A stretch of DNA of 64,000 nt, from positions 77,376,001 to 77,440,000 of the forward strand of contig OX638149.1 in assembly GCA_951804945.1 (NCBI GenBank), read 5' to 3'. Below the pieces are notes generated by a model. It ran no database searches. It was given only the letters and a program-made list of their open reading frames with translations, and was not told the origin of the DNA. This document shows, piece by piece, positions 24,901 through 37,313 of this stretch. Within the stretch, counting starts at the first letter, position 1, and every line of letters starts with the position of its first letter. A program made the position numbers and the translations under genes. Source of the DNA: Podarcis cretensis. Its lineage: Eukaryota.

Positions 24901-27710
24901 ATTCATTCTCAGAAACATCATTTCTTACTAATGGCTATAGATTTGTTCTGTGGAACAAAAAGAATGCACAGAATTGAGACATGGGCAAAAGTGTGGTACT
25001 TTTTGTCCCTATCTACCCAGGCAGGATTCTCCTTTCATTCAACAAGGACTTCTTGGCAGAGTGAATATCTATGGAGATGGTATTCTCTTTTCACTCTGAA
25101 GATCACGGAACTTCCAGAATTCAGGTGCATGAATGAAAGTGTGTACCTAAGGCTGCCTGATCAGTGATCATTTCAAGGAAGAAATCTCCAGTGGCTCAGG
25201 GAGCACAGAACTGAAGTGCATTAGTGCTGAGTGGCATTTTAGTGGTGCACTTAGCTTTCACCTGTGCACTGAGCTTGTTCCAGTTTGCATTAGATCAAAA
25301 GTAATAAGCAGAGCGAGTCCCAAGAAGCAGAAATGAGAATGAGAATGGAAGATACTAACTGGGATGTGCAGGTGTGACACAGGAACGCACCATTGAAATG
25401 AGATACACGCACAGACAAGGAAACGACGCGATGTCTATCAATATTGGTGTGAGCTTGCAAAGAATGAGAGACAACAGAAAACAGTCCTGTTCTGAAACCC
25501 AGGCAAACCAGTTTAATGGGCCGGCCCACAGCTCAGCAGACCAAGCAGGGTCCGGAGATGTATCACCTCCACAAAGTCACAAGTCTTTGCTGGCAGTGAT
25601 GGAGCTGGAGACACGTTCAGAGATGGGGTCACCTAGCTGCAAGGTACATCTGTTGCAATATACTGTATCATCCCTCTCCCTCTCGCAGTACATACAGTAT
25701 ATGTTTGTGCACAGAGAGGCCTCCAGTCACTCACCTGTAATGGCACCTGACCTGGAAGGTGGGGAACACTGCTTTGCTAGAGCAGGTGAGCTCTCTGAAC
25801 TTCTCCAGAGGCTAGAATCAGTTACAAATGCTTTGCACTTTAATCTGTGAGTTACAGATTAAATGAACATTGATTTCGAGTGAGGCTGCTTTTGAAGTAA
25901 GCAACTGTTCCTCACAGAATGCAGCTTGATTTGGAGTTACCCAGGCTGCAAAGACATTATGCTAAGCTGAATGGCCCCTCATGATTCTATGACCTCCTGG
26001 GTGCCAGGGGACAAGAAGGTGGCTTTTGTGTTGGAAGGAGAGCAGCATTCCTTCCCATGCCCATTCAAGGCTCATCTGGCAATCATCTGGGAACAATTCT
26101 TCATTAATTCTATTCCATTTTAAAACAGTGCCATTTGGTGCCAACTTCCCAATAATTCCTATCCCATTTCAAAATTTCCTATCCCATTTCAAACGAGCAT
26201 TATTTTGGTGACATTTTTGCTTCCCTGTTTTCTCAACCACAGCCTGGACATCCATATAATTTTTAAATCACAGCCACATACGAAATAAATGTTTCTTGTC
26301 AAGAATTTCATCCAGTCACAGGTTTATTTTAGTCTGAATTCACAGAAAGTGGAGGCTGTTTAATAAGTCACTATGAGTAAATGCTACACATGGGAAGTTT
26401 GTTCTCTGTTGTTATTGTTGTTAGCCTCAAAAAGATGCTAATCTTATAGAACTCTTCTAAAAGCATGAAGAGCTGGGGCTAGTGAGGACAAAGGCAACTT
26501 TCTTCCCATGTGGCTACAACCACTGCATGATGAATTTATATAAGAAGCAGTCATCCTGCAGTGCTGAGTCTTGGAATCTACCCTGATGCTCCCTTTGTTT
26601 ATTAATTTGAAACTCCTTGTTTCCTATCCTAGACCAGCCAGACATCTGCAGATGCAAAGTAAGTGACAGCAGTCTGTCTGACCAGATTCAAATTATATTG
26701 ATCAGTTTTAGACATCTAGTAATTCTTTCCCAATCCTTGCTCTCAGTTGTGAAAGGCTGCCCATCTCCTCCTGTTGATATATTTCTCACATGCTTGTCAT
26801 CACAAGGGTGGCTTTAAAGGGTGAGATTAGCTACCACTGGCATAGAGAGAAATTGGACTTTGGGTCTATGTACCTCATGTTTTGTTCTGTTTTTCCCATA
26901 CACTTTACAACAGACAAACGTTTCCTGTAGTGTTGCAGAGTTGTTGTTGTTTGCTTGGAAGAAGCTAAATCTGCTTATCCTAGTGACCTTCACGAGGTGA
27001 AGCAGTGAAGATCAGGGCTTGTGGAAGGCTAGAGAGGTAGTAGGGGAATTGCTAAATGAAGAGATTGCCAGTAGATAAATATTCATCCCATTCATGAAAG
27101 GGCTAAAGTGTAATAAAAAATTATTTCCTCGTGGAGTGTGGCATAAAACTGTAACAGGCAAGATATTTCTGCCATTGCTCAGCCATTTCCACTTCATTAA
27201 AGTGAGCAGATAAAATGGCATGTGGCTTCTTCAGAGTAAGTGACTTTCTAAAAATCAGTCTTGCTCTAAACTTCCAATAATTCCCACTTGCTAGCAAAAG
27301 TCACTTCCTCCCCAGGAGCTAACTCAGGCCATTGTTTCTTTTAAAAAATGGTTTGTAGAGGACTCTTTCATCAGATACATTTTGAGGCATGTCCATGATT
27401 TTGGGGTGGGGGGGGATTTTTGGAATTAAACAAACTGCTGATGACACTTCCTGTGAAAAGGGGGACAAATGGCTCTTGGGGCAGGGCAGGGCAGTTCACG
27501 TGGAGGTGGGGGGGATGCATTTAGGAAATGGGAATTGGTGCAAGGCAGGTGGGAGTGGAGCAAATGGCAAGGGAGAGATGTGCAGAGGAGTCTTACTGTT
27601 TGTGCTGAATGAAACTAGTTTTCTAGGTGCAACTTGAGGGCTATGCTGATAGGTGCTTCCAATTCATGTCCTTGCCTGAAGCAAAGCACTGAGCTGTGGA
27701 AGCTACTTAC

Positions 27711-27800
27711 CTGATAACTGCTGCACTGAAGGCTGGTCATGTGTGCTTAACAACTGTGCCTGAATGGTTTCTACTACCCTCTTAAAGCGACGGCTTGGAC
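27711..27800 (-). CDS. BRSK2: BRSK2 90-nt KA1 exon: [30 protein letters not shown]
   Basis: tttcacag| and |gtaagt; phase 1/1. Confidence 0.97.
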
Positions 27801-29389
27801 CTGTGAAAAGACACATCGGACTGTGAGTTGTGGAAGAACTGAACACTGCTGTGGAAGGGAGAGTGTAGGAAGAGAGCACATTTCCATTAACTTTTCTGCT
27901 CAGTATTAGACTTCATCTGAAAGCTTCTCATCCTTATGTTTACAAATATGTCCAATTCCCTTCTGTTAATTATATTTTCTTCTTTATATTCCCCCCATGC
28001 CACCATTTTGCTGCTCCTCTGCCAGCCCCTCTGGCTTCTCTCTCTCACTCCTGCCTCTGGGCTTCCAGCCATGCTGCTCCCTATGCTCAGAATAGACCCC
28101 ACCTCTCTGTTCAGCAAATAATTTCATTTTTCTCTCCCAAGTCCTTATCTCAAGACTCACTTATGCAACAAAGTTTTTTTCAGAACCAGCTACCAGAGGC
28201 TCACTTTACCTGCTCCTCCATTACTAATTTAGTCTCTCTTTCTTGATCCCCATGACTTTCTATCAATCCTTGAGCTTTCTTCTATCTTGCCTAGTTAATG
28301 AAAATGGCAAATCCTCTAGAAAGGAATGGTGTCACTTTTATGTTCTGTACAGCATGCACCTAAGGACCTTGTTCCAGCTCTATGAAAGTTTAATATTAGT
28401 AGCAGTAGGTTATGCCTATCACATTCTTAATAAAGCTTTATGAAGACACACTTCCCTCTGAAACTTACTAGACCTTCCAGCTCCCTTGCAACATCTGTAG
28501 ATCTCATTATATTATACTTAACTACCTAGTTCGTATACCCCTGGTACCTCTACCATTTCTCCCCAACATGGCCAGCAAAAAAACACTGTTCCTTGTTTGC
28601 TTGTTTGTATTTTTTAAAAAACACTGCTTACTCTCCAGGATTTTGTGTAACCCAAATCCCCAAAGCAAAGTAGAACTATATGTAATCTAAATAACCATCC
28701 ATTTCCAAAGCTTTTGCCTTTTTTTAAAGGACTCCAGAATAGCTGGTGTCCCATGAAGCTAAACACAGTCAGTATGACTAAAGAGGGTGGAGTGGTAAAC
28801 TCAACCCACCTCAATTTGAGTATTGCTAGTCATGTAATGTGGCTTACCAAGTGTTTGACAGGCCTACCATTTTATTTTTTTTAGTCTCAGGCAGGCAACA
28901 AAAGCAGATTTACTGAGTCCCTGTTGGACCGCCATACCTGGATGATGGACAATGTTCATCCACGCAAGTCACAAGCTACACGTACCTGCTCTACTAGGCT
29001 AAATGCCCCAAATAACATCTTAAGGGCACCAATTTTGAAAGCTCTCTTCCAGAATTCTGAAGACTAGTTTGACTGCTAAAATGTTTCCTTTTGAAGCTGC
29101 CTCAAACACAAACAAATCCAGAGAGGCAGCTGTGTTAATCTGTTGCAGCAAAAACAACAGAAAGTTTTGTGGCACTTTTAAAGACCAATGAATGGTATAT
29201 TTGATCGTCAACCCTATACAGGAAAAGAAATACAAACTATGTAAATCACTGTGTGTGATAAGTGCATTTCACAGCATGTATATCTGACATTCACACACAA
29301 GGAAAACATAAGCTGTGTTAGTAAGCTACAACTGTTAGCAGTATAATTATGCACATGCATGGCAAAAAAGTGTGATGTGCAATTTTCCA

Positions 29390-29560
29390 CACATGATGAC
29401 CAGCAATTTGGATGGCTTTAAGAAAGCATTAGACATGTCCATAAAAGATAACACTATCAATGGCTATTAGCCACAGTGCCTATGTTCTGAATCTACTGTC
29501 AGAGACAGTCTGTGAATGCCACTTGTTGGGAATCACAACTGGGGAGCCTGTGGTTGCACC
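29390..29560 (+). mobile_element. CR1-like 3' fragment (related copy near 23170-23350)
   Basis: TTGGATGGCTTTAAGAAAGCATTAGAC...CTATCAATGGCTATTAGCC motif. Confidence 0.5.
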
Positions 29561-29739
29561 CAGGGGTCCTGATCCAGCAGGGATTTTCTTACAACAATTT
29601 AGACACTATTTGAACACTTCCACATACATGCAAACTGCTGCTGCCTGTTGAAGAAATTAACTACAATTAAGGCCGCCCTCGCTATTTTGTCTGTGCTCCT
29701 CCTCCTCCTCCATGCAGACAGCAAGCTTGTGACAATTAC

Positions 29740-29920
29740 CTGATAAAAGTGTGAAAGTGACTGAGTAGATCCCGTTCTCTTTCTGGGCCTCCCCACCTTC
29801 TGTGTATGTTATGTCCACTTGGAACTTCACTGGCTTCTGAAAGACAGCAGGGCCCCCTGTGGATTTGTACTCTGCGCGGAAGCTTGTCTGTGAGATGACG
29901 CTGTGACTGAGGCTGGGGAT
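29740..29920 (-). CDS. BRSK2: BRSK2 181-nt KA1 exon: [60 protein letters not shown] (contains the KEN motif)
   Basis: ctactag| and |gtaatt; manual translation matches recalled BRSK2. Confidence 0.97.
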
Positions 29921-30407
29921 CTAGTAGGAAACAACAACATGAAGAACAAATGGTTCTACCACTCTAAAACCAGTGGCAACACACCAATTTAAAAAGCATC
30001 AAAATCTGAATGGGAAAGACTGCTGTTTTGTGCGACTGCCCTTTCTTTAAGAATGAAGGAGCATTCCAGTCTGATCTGCAGCAATAAAAAATGAACTTCA
30101 ATAAGATCTCATCAGCTAGCCATTTATTGAAAATTGTTAAATGCCCAAACTCCTGGCTCCGAGAACTGCTCACACACAGCATCTCTGCCTTACCACACTC
30201 CAAATCTCCTAATGATTGCCTCCAGAATCTTTCATATGGATGTTAAGCAGGACTGGGGGGAAAATAGTCTCCCAAGGCATTCAAGAACAAAGTTTACAGA
30301 GTGCAGGCACATAGTCATTCTGTGCTCTTCTCTGGACCAACCCTGCATATTTGAATGGGACCACGGTAAAACACTGCCACGTGGGTTTGTGGAAGTATTG
30401 CACAAGT

Positions 30408-30497
30408 CATAGCTGTCAACTTTCCCCCTTTTTAAAGGGAAATCCTATACGGAATAAGGGAATTTCCCTTTAAAAAAGGGAAACATTGACAGCTATG
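30408..30497. mobile_element. 90-bp palindromic hAT-type MITE
   Basis: CATAGCTGTCAA...TTGACAGCTATG; 8-bp TSD GCACAAGT / ACACAAGT. Confidence 0.82.
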
Positions 30498-30589
30498 ACA
30501 CAAGTGTCAAAATGTATAGGAAGCATTCTTGGACTGATAATGTGGAAAGGGCAAGAAGAAACATTTTGAAGTTATTAATATAGTGTTGA

Positions 30590-30765
30590 AAGCACTTTGC
30601 ACACATTATCTTCATGCACCTTAGAACAAACCTGCGACTCTTATTACCTCCATATTACAGGTTTGAGGAGGGCTGTGAGGAAGCAGTTTGACTTTGGTCC
30701 CCAATGAGCTGAGATTTGAATCAGCACCGTGTTGCTCATGCTGTTAACTACTCTGCCACACTAGC
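30590..30765 (-). mobile_element. Ancient MIR/CORE-like SINE remnant
   Basis: AGCACTTTGCACACATTATC...ATTACCTCCATATTACAG...GAGCTGAGATTTGAA pattern. Confidence 0.45.
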
Positions 30766-32219
30766 TCCCAATAATTACTTGGGGCTGTAATCTTATACAC
30801 TTTTATCTGGGAGTAGGTCCTATTGTTATCCAACTTACGGTAAACTATACTCAGATACACCAAAATCAATAGACTTGAGTTACTTATGCCCATTTATTTC
30901 AACAGGTCAACTCTGAGTACGACTAACATTAGATTTCACCCAATGCCAACTTCTGAGTAGATCTATACAGAGTTGCTCTCTGAGGGACTTAAAACTGGCA
31001 AAGATCATTTGGGATTTTTGCTCCTACACATAAGACTGTATCACATTCCACTTTAAAAGAAGCCTCAAAGATTAATTATTTAAGGGAGAGTTCCAGAACA
31101 TGTCTTGAGATTGCGTTCTCCCAAGGGCAGAGTTTGCTTTGGCCCCCAGAAAAGGGTAAGAAATAAGCTACTAGATGGGAATGTAAAGGAATCAACCCGT
31201 TATGTATAGCCACCATGATTTTATGTGCAATTTTGCTTGGAGTATGGCTGGATTTATACACCATGCTCTGGGGAACCTGAAAAATATGCCTAAGAAGTTA
31301 ATCTTTTTAAAATCTTATTTCTCAGGGAAGTTCTGCTAAGAAAGCCAGCTCTGAGTCTGGCATATATGAGTGAGAAATGAATACATAAAAAAGAAAATGA
31401 GTAACGGTGAGGGAAAGATGGTGTAATTGAAGAACAAAGAGGCAAAGGTCACTTATACACTAGCCATTTAATATGGAGCAGACATAATCTCTTCACTCAG
31501 TTTTTACAGAGAATTTAGATGACAGCATTTCCAACTCAATGTACTCCAGAATTCTTCATATTGTCCTCCCACCTTTTTCAGATCTGAGCTGTGATTTTTA
31601 AAAATAGCTTGTATTTTTTAAAATAAAAAAATAAAGATTACATTTACTCAGTACATGCTATATAGCCATAGTAACAATAAAAAACACTACATCAATGGAA
31701 AGAAGCTTTCCTACCACTGTATATTCTCCTGCATTCTAGTACTATAAAGCACCCCTACTCATTTTGTTAAAATGCAGTTCAGAATGGCATTGAGCCTTCT
31801 TGGGGCTACTGTCTCTTTAATTTCCCTCCATTCTTTGTTTTAAAGTGGCTTCTGCTTCTGGCTCTTACACTAGTCAGTTCCTGTTCCTCGTGTGGTTGGT
31901 GATAATTACTAGTTTTGTCTTTGCAATCAAAACAAATGTTACTGTAATTCTATTATCACAATTACATGGTTAAGGTAATAAAAAATAAAATTTCTAAAAA
32001 ACAATTACTCCAGCTGAAAAGAAACCCAAAATAAAACCGCCTCCCACAGATAACAGGAACTGATTAGTCAGTAACCAAGAAACATTGTGGCCACAGGAGA
32101 GAACAGAAAGAAATTTTAGTTTTAAAGGGCACTAGTGTGGAATGTGTCTGGAACTACAGGCTGAGAAACCACAGCTCATCAAGTTTCACTTGTGTGTTTA
32201 TGTTTATGTCCGTACTTAC

Positions 32220-32343
32220 CGAGAGGAATGCATGGACTATGTCAGCCTTGATAGAACTCAGCGGTTTGTCCTTAATAACCACAAAGATCTGTTCTTCTTT
32301 CTCTAGGTTGATAAAGTTACCAAACCAGGATTTTTTGGCAAGC
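32220..32343 (-). CDS. BRSK2: BRSK2 124-nt exon: [41 protein letters not shown] (autoinhibitory sequence and KA1 start)
   Basis: gtcag| and |gtaagt; lies within ORF 32154..32393. Confidence 0.97.
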
Positions 32344-35300
32344 CTGACCAATCCAGGAGGGAGAGAAAGAAAAGGCGAAAAAACAGAAAGCAAAGAGAAG
32401 ATTTAGAGAAGAAAAGCACAGGCAATTATAATACACAGCCAACTAGGCCTTAGCTACGCTGTGCGTAACGGTATAAGTCATTGTGTCAAGAGAGTCATAT
32501 TTGCTCAGAGACAGAAAGCACCTCAGTGATGCATTTGGCTTTACTACAACAGTTGGAAACAGAAGACTAGGCACTGTACTGTTCAAGTAAACCTAGAAGG
32601 GCAGAGGCACTAATGGGTACAACCATGAAACAGCTTTACAAGATACAGCAGGGAGCTGAATAAGGAGGACATTGGTAGGTCTCTTTGTGTGTGCCACTGA
32701 TATGCACACAAGCAGTCCATGCACACCCTGCTTTCTGTAAGCACTCTGCACATGAATGGAATGTGTTCTCCAGCACCCTAAAAATCCAGCGTGCACTGTG
32801 CTCATTGACAGCCTCCTGGACACTCATTACAATGTCTAGTCCTGAGGTTATTTAATCTATAGTAATATGACACATTTAAGAGAGAAATGTTGTACACTAC
32901 TAGCTTTCGAAAGCAAGCTTAAAAAAAGAAAGAAGAAAAAAGCATCTACATCTGCCTGCCTGCCTAACAGAGGAAAAGAAAACAATCACACTTTGGCAAA
33001 TCTCTCCCAGTTCCTCTGTTAAAACTGGGTTGGGAAAGCACAACTCTTTGAAATATTAATAAGCAGCTATAGCTGACCACAAGCCAAAGATTAGCATGGG
33101 GAACAGTAAAGAGAAAGGGCCACTCATTTAAGTAGGCTATTAAGAAGCCTGGGCTTTTGTCTTCCTCAAACACACCAGAATGACTCTGTAGGCCTCAGAA
33201 CAATTATGCTGTCTGTTCCTTGCACATTAAAAGCCTTTGCTGATTAGATATTTATATGTATAGTTATCCATCCAACTGCCCCAGTCCCTTCAGACTTCAG
33301 GTTGCTGCAATACACCTCTGAATAGAAACATATGAAGGATGGAGCAAGTGCTTTTTCTAGCACAGGTACATGGACCACACAGCGGGTGCATGCTGCTGTT
33401 GGATATGTCCACGATCCACTAAACACAGGCTACCTTTCCATACACCACAATATATACATTTTAATAACTGGGGTTTATTTCCTTCTCTCATTTAAACAGG
33501 GAGAGACAATTCTAGTGAAATCCTCATGGGTGGGTTGCAGAGTTTTTGATGAACTTACTTTACTTTTGTGGTATATGAGGCGTGTTTTTGATGGTCCTTT
33601 CATTCTGCAAAGCTAGCTCACCAATGGCCTGTGCCCTGTAGCCTCCCTGCAGCTTTCTGCAATTCAATTACAGCTCAGGGAAAGGCATCATGAGGTAACT
33701 CCTCCCACAGAGTTTTTCCAGGTTAGGAAGCAGGGCAGCTGAAGAGGCTGCAGTGTGCTGGCAGAATGTTTACAGAAAATAAAAGGAAAAATGCAATCCT
33801 ACCTTGCAATAAAGCAAGCTTAAAACTCAAGGAAATTCTCAAGTCTCCTGAGAATGAGGTGGAAAAAAGGAAAAGATATTTTGCAAGGAAAGAAAACTTT
33901 GGAGAAATTGTAGGAGAGGTTTTGGCACAGCACTAGTCTGCATGATCTAAGCAGTGCTGCTTCCAACAGAGAGAATCAGTGCTATCCGAAAAATTATTAA
34001 CTCTACACAGGGGGAGGAAAAAAGGGTGGGAGCATGCAGCCTCAGTTATTCAAGATTCACGGCACAATTTTCTAAGCATGTTTACTCAGGAGTAAATTTA
34101 GGCCACTGTGTTTAATGAGCCTTACTCCCTAACAAGTTTTTTAAATGAAATGGTACACTGCTTTCTTTTTAAAGTGCTGCCAACCAAGCAAAACACTGCA
34201 TTAGAGAGAAGCGAAACTTGCTTCCCCAATAAGGCCTTAAGCATTATGAACATTATGAAATTGACATTAAAAATCTTGAAGACCATTTTGTAAAATTAAA
34301 AACTGGGATATTTCAATTGCCTCTGAGCCGTGATAAAGGATGTACTGTATCCCCATTCTGACACTTCATATAATCACAAGGGTAGGGTCTGTTCTGAAAT
34401 GAATGTTTTAATTCACATCCAATGGTAGGAGATTTAAAAGAAAAACCCATTTTAAAAGAAGAAGAAGGGATAAAAAGGTGCATACTGTTGGTAAAACTGT
34501 ATCTCATGAATGATCACCAGGAATAAAGGTTATAGGGGCCTGCTTAAGCTTCCAGTGATACCCTGGAGCCTGTAACTGCTTGCAATACAGAGTTCTTCTG
34601 ATGAGATACAAGACAGAATAGATTCTTGCGAGTTCTCCTGATGTAACTGTGCTGGGTCTGCAGGGCAAAGAGGTATAGATAGTGGCACTGATGTTTTATA
34701 ATGAAGGAGGGAAATTCAGCAGACCTGGCAGAATATCCATATTGCATAGACTTATCAGGTACTAGTTTAACAAGTAAGGGTTGGGGGCAAGGAAGAGAGA
34801 TTTATATACACCAGTGGCTCAATTAGTTTGGTGTATTCCTAGACACTTGTGTGATCAAAGTAATCAAAGTAATCCCAGAACTATATGGGATTCATATTGA
34901 CTGTACCAGTGGGTCTGTGGATACTATTGTCTAAGACCACCCCACTCAGAACCTGCAGTCTTACAGCTTACTTACTCTCTGGACATGTTGTAGCTATATC
35001 AGCTGAAGGCTAAAGTAATGATTTTTTAAATAAAGTGAAGCAGTATGCACAGGAATCTGAATTCTGATTGGGTTTAGCACCCTGCTCACTCAGGCTTGAA
35101 TCCCGAGGGTTCCCTAGATTCATTACTGCAACTCATATTCCATTTTGTGGGGGCTGTTGGGATCTTCCTAGACCAATCTGCGCATAGAACAAGAATCAGA
35201 CAAGACCCACTTCCCAACAGAGGACCCTGCAACGGTTCCCCCAGCACATATGGGACCCACAGAAAATCAGTGTACCTGAAGGGAAACCTTAGGTCCCCAG

Positions 35301-35499
35301 CACAGGAAAATGGGAACCCTGAGAACTGGGGGATCTGGTAGATCCTTACCTTAACTCTGCCATTCTGGGTCCTGCTATGATCTGGGTCAGGGATAATATT
35401 CCAAATGTTGTTGGACTACAACCCCATCAACCCCAGCAAAATGGGCAGGGATGATAGGTCCTGTAGTGTGATATCTGAAGGTTCTATATTGGCTACCTT

Positions 35500-36060
35500 G
35501 TAATTGCAATTCGTATATTATCACCTCAAATCTAGATGAATGTAATGGGAAGAATTCAACATGGTGCTAGAGAGATTGTTCTGGTGTAAGAATCTCCCCT
35601 CTCCTGTCACACTGTTCTGGTGGTTCTCCCCCCTCCCCCCAATTGGGGCAGGGGGAGGATGGGGGTCAAACTCCGCTGCTCTAGTGGAAGCCCTTATGCA
35701 GGCATCTGCTAGCAGGACTGGTTAGTTGAATCTGGCCCAACGTTTTACTTTAAAGGTGGGTTGGAATTTCCAGATTGAAAGCTGGCTGTCATATTCAGAA
35801 CTAGCAGTGCTCCCAGTTGCTGCACTATTGCTTTAGGGACATAATTCAAGGTGCTAATTTTGATACATAAAGCCTCACCCCAGTAGCCCTTAAAGGCCAC
35901 CTCTTTCCTTATGCAACTCCCAAGGTTGACTGAGAGAATCTGTTTAGCAATACCATTGATGGGTGAGATTCAAACAGTAAGGGAGCACAGGGAGATATTC
36001 TCAGTGGCTGCACCACAACTGCAGAACTCTTTTCCCTTGGAAATGTTCAGAAGCCCAAAA
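35500..36060 (+). mobile_element. Degraded L2 LINE 3' remnant
   Basis: Fragments translate as ITSNLDECN, FKVLILIHKA and FSVAAPQLQNSFP, resembling L2 ORF2 C-terminal motifs. Confidence 0.6.
35546..35739. mobile_element. MITE-like element nested in an L2 remnant
   Basis: Ends TGGGAAGAATTCAAC / GTTGAATCTGGCCCA; internal CTGTTCTGGTGGTTCTCCC is shared with 55022-55040. Confidence 0.55.
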
Positions 36061-36967
36061 CAGGATGTTGTTGGGAAGCACTGTTCTACGGCCTTTTCCC
36101 CTTTTTCTTTTGGAAGGTAGGGTGTCATTACTGACTTAGGAGATGGTTTTGGGGGTTTGATAATGAAAATAACCCTAAAGGAAGGAGAGTGAAACATAAA
36201 AAAGAAATAAAGGGGAGAATACACACCCGGGGCAACCTTAGGATTCAGAGGAAAAGCTTGCACAACATATCTGAAGGGTAGGAAGTCCATAGGGGAAAAA
36301 CGACCTTGAAAAACACTGGAGAATCAACTTGACATCTATCTTAAGAAAGGTTTTCCACCCCAAGAGATTGGTAGAAAGCAACAAGGTGTACTTGAGAAAG
36401 TATGCAATTTTACATCATGTTGTAGACAAACAATGACAGCATTCTCTATATCTAAAATAAACCCATGGATTTAAACAGAATTGTCTCTCTATTGACCAGT
36501 GCTGCAATTATATTTCCACTTAAGTAGGAGTAAGCCACACTGAACTCAACAAGACTTATCCCCAAGTAGACATGTATAGGATTGCGTTGTAAAACATGCT
36601 TATACACCATCTCAATTTGTATTAGAGGCTCTAGCTTCTACAGGGGATTTCTGAAGCCCCTATGGGCTAAATTCTAAGTCAAAATACTAGTGGACACATA
36701 CATACAGCCCAGTTCAAACAAGTCCCATGATTCAGGACTTTGCTGAATTGAGGCCCTGCTGCAAATCAGCATAGCTCCATCATCTGGCACACATGGTGCA
36801 ATGCTTTTTTCTTTTTTAAAATGTCAGATTTATAGAAGGTGATAGCAAACAGAAACACCAAGAGAATAAAAGTTAGGCAACCACCAATTCCATTATGTTT
36901 CTGTTGGCTTGTGGCTCAAAGGCAACTCTCTCCATGAATTGCTTCCCGTGCCTGCAGTCCTGTACAC

Positions 36968-37313
36968 TAGGGAAGGCTAACCTTTTTTATGCCCAAGGGC
37001 TGCGTTCACCCTTGGCCAACGCTGCAAGGGCTGCATGTTGTATACTAGCAGTGAGTATGCCCACACCATATTCTCACTCATCAACACAGGTAGGCAAAAT
37101 GCCCTCCTCAGCTGGCCCATGCAGATCAGCTGAGAAGGTTGATTATTATCCCTCCCTGTTCATATGACCCCTCTGATGACTGGAGTGGGAAGATTTGCTT
37201 ACCCAACAGGGTGATGAGTCTACTTTAACTTTCCCCCTTTTTTGAAATCAGTGGGGTCCTGGAGGGGCAGAAAAAACGTGCTGGGAGCCCTCCATAGCTG
37301 TTAGCCACCCCTA
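36968..37313. mobile_element. Older hAT-like non-autonomous element
   Basis: Imperfect TIRs TAGGGAAGGCTAAC / GTTAGCCACCCCTA; TSD degraded. Confidence 0.5.

Noticed and set aside
25374-25850. 158-aa plus-strand ORF
   Set aside because: No recognisable homology; antisense to a pyrimidine-rich intron, which lowers stop frequency.
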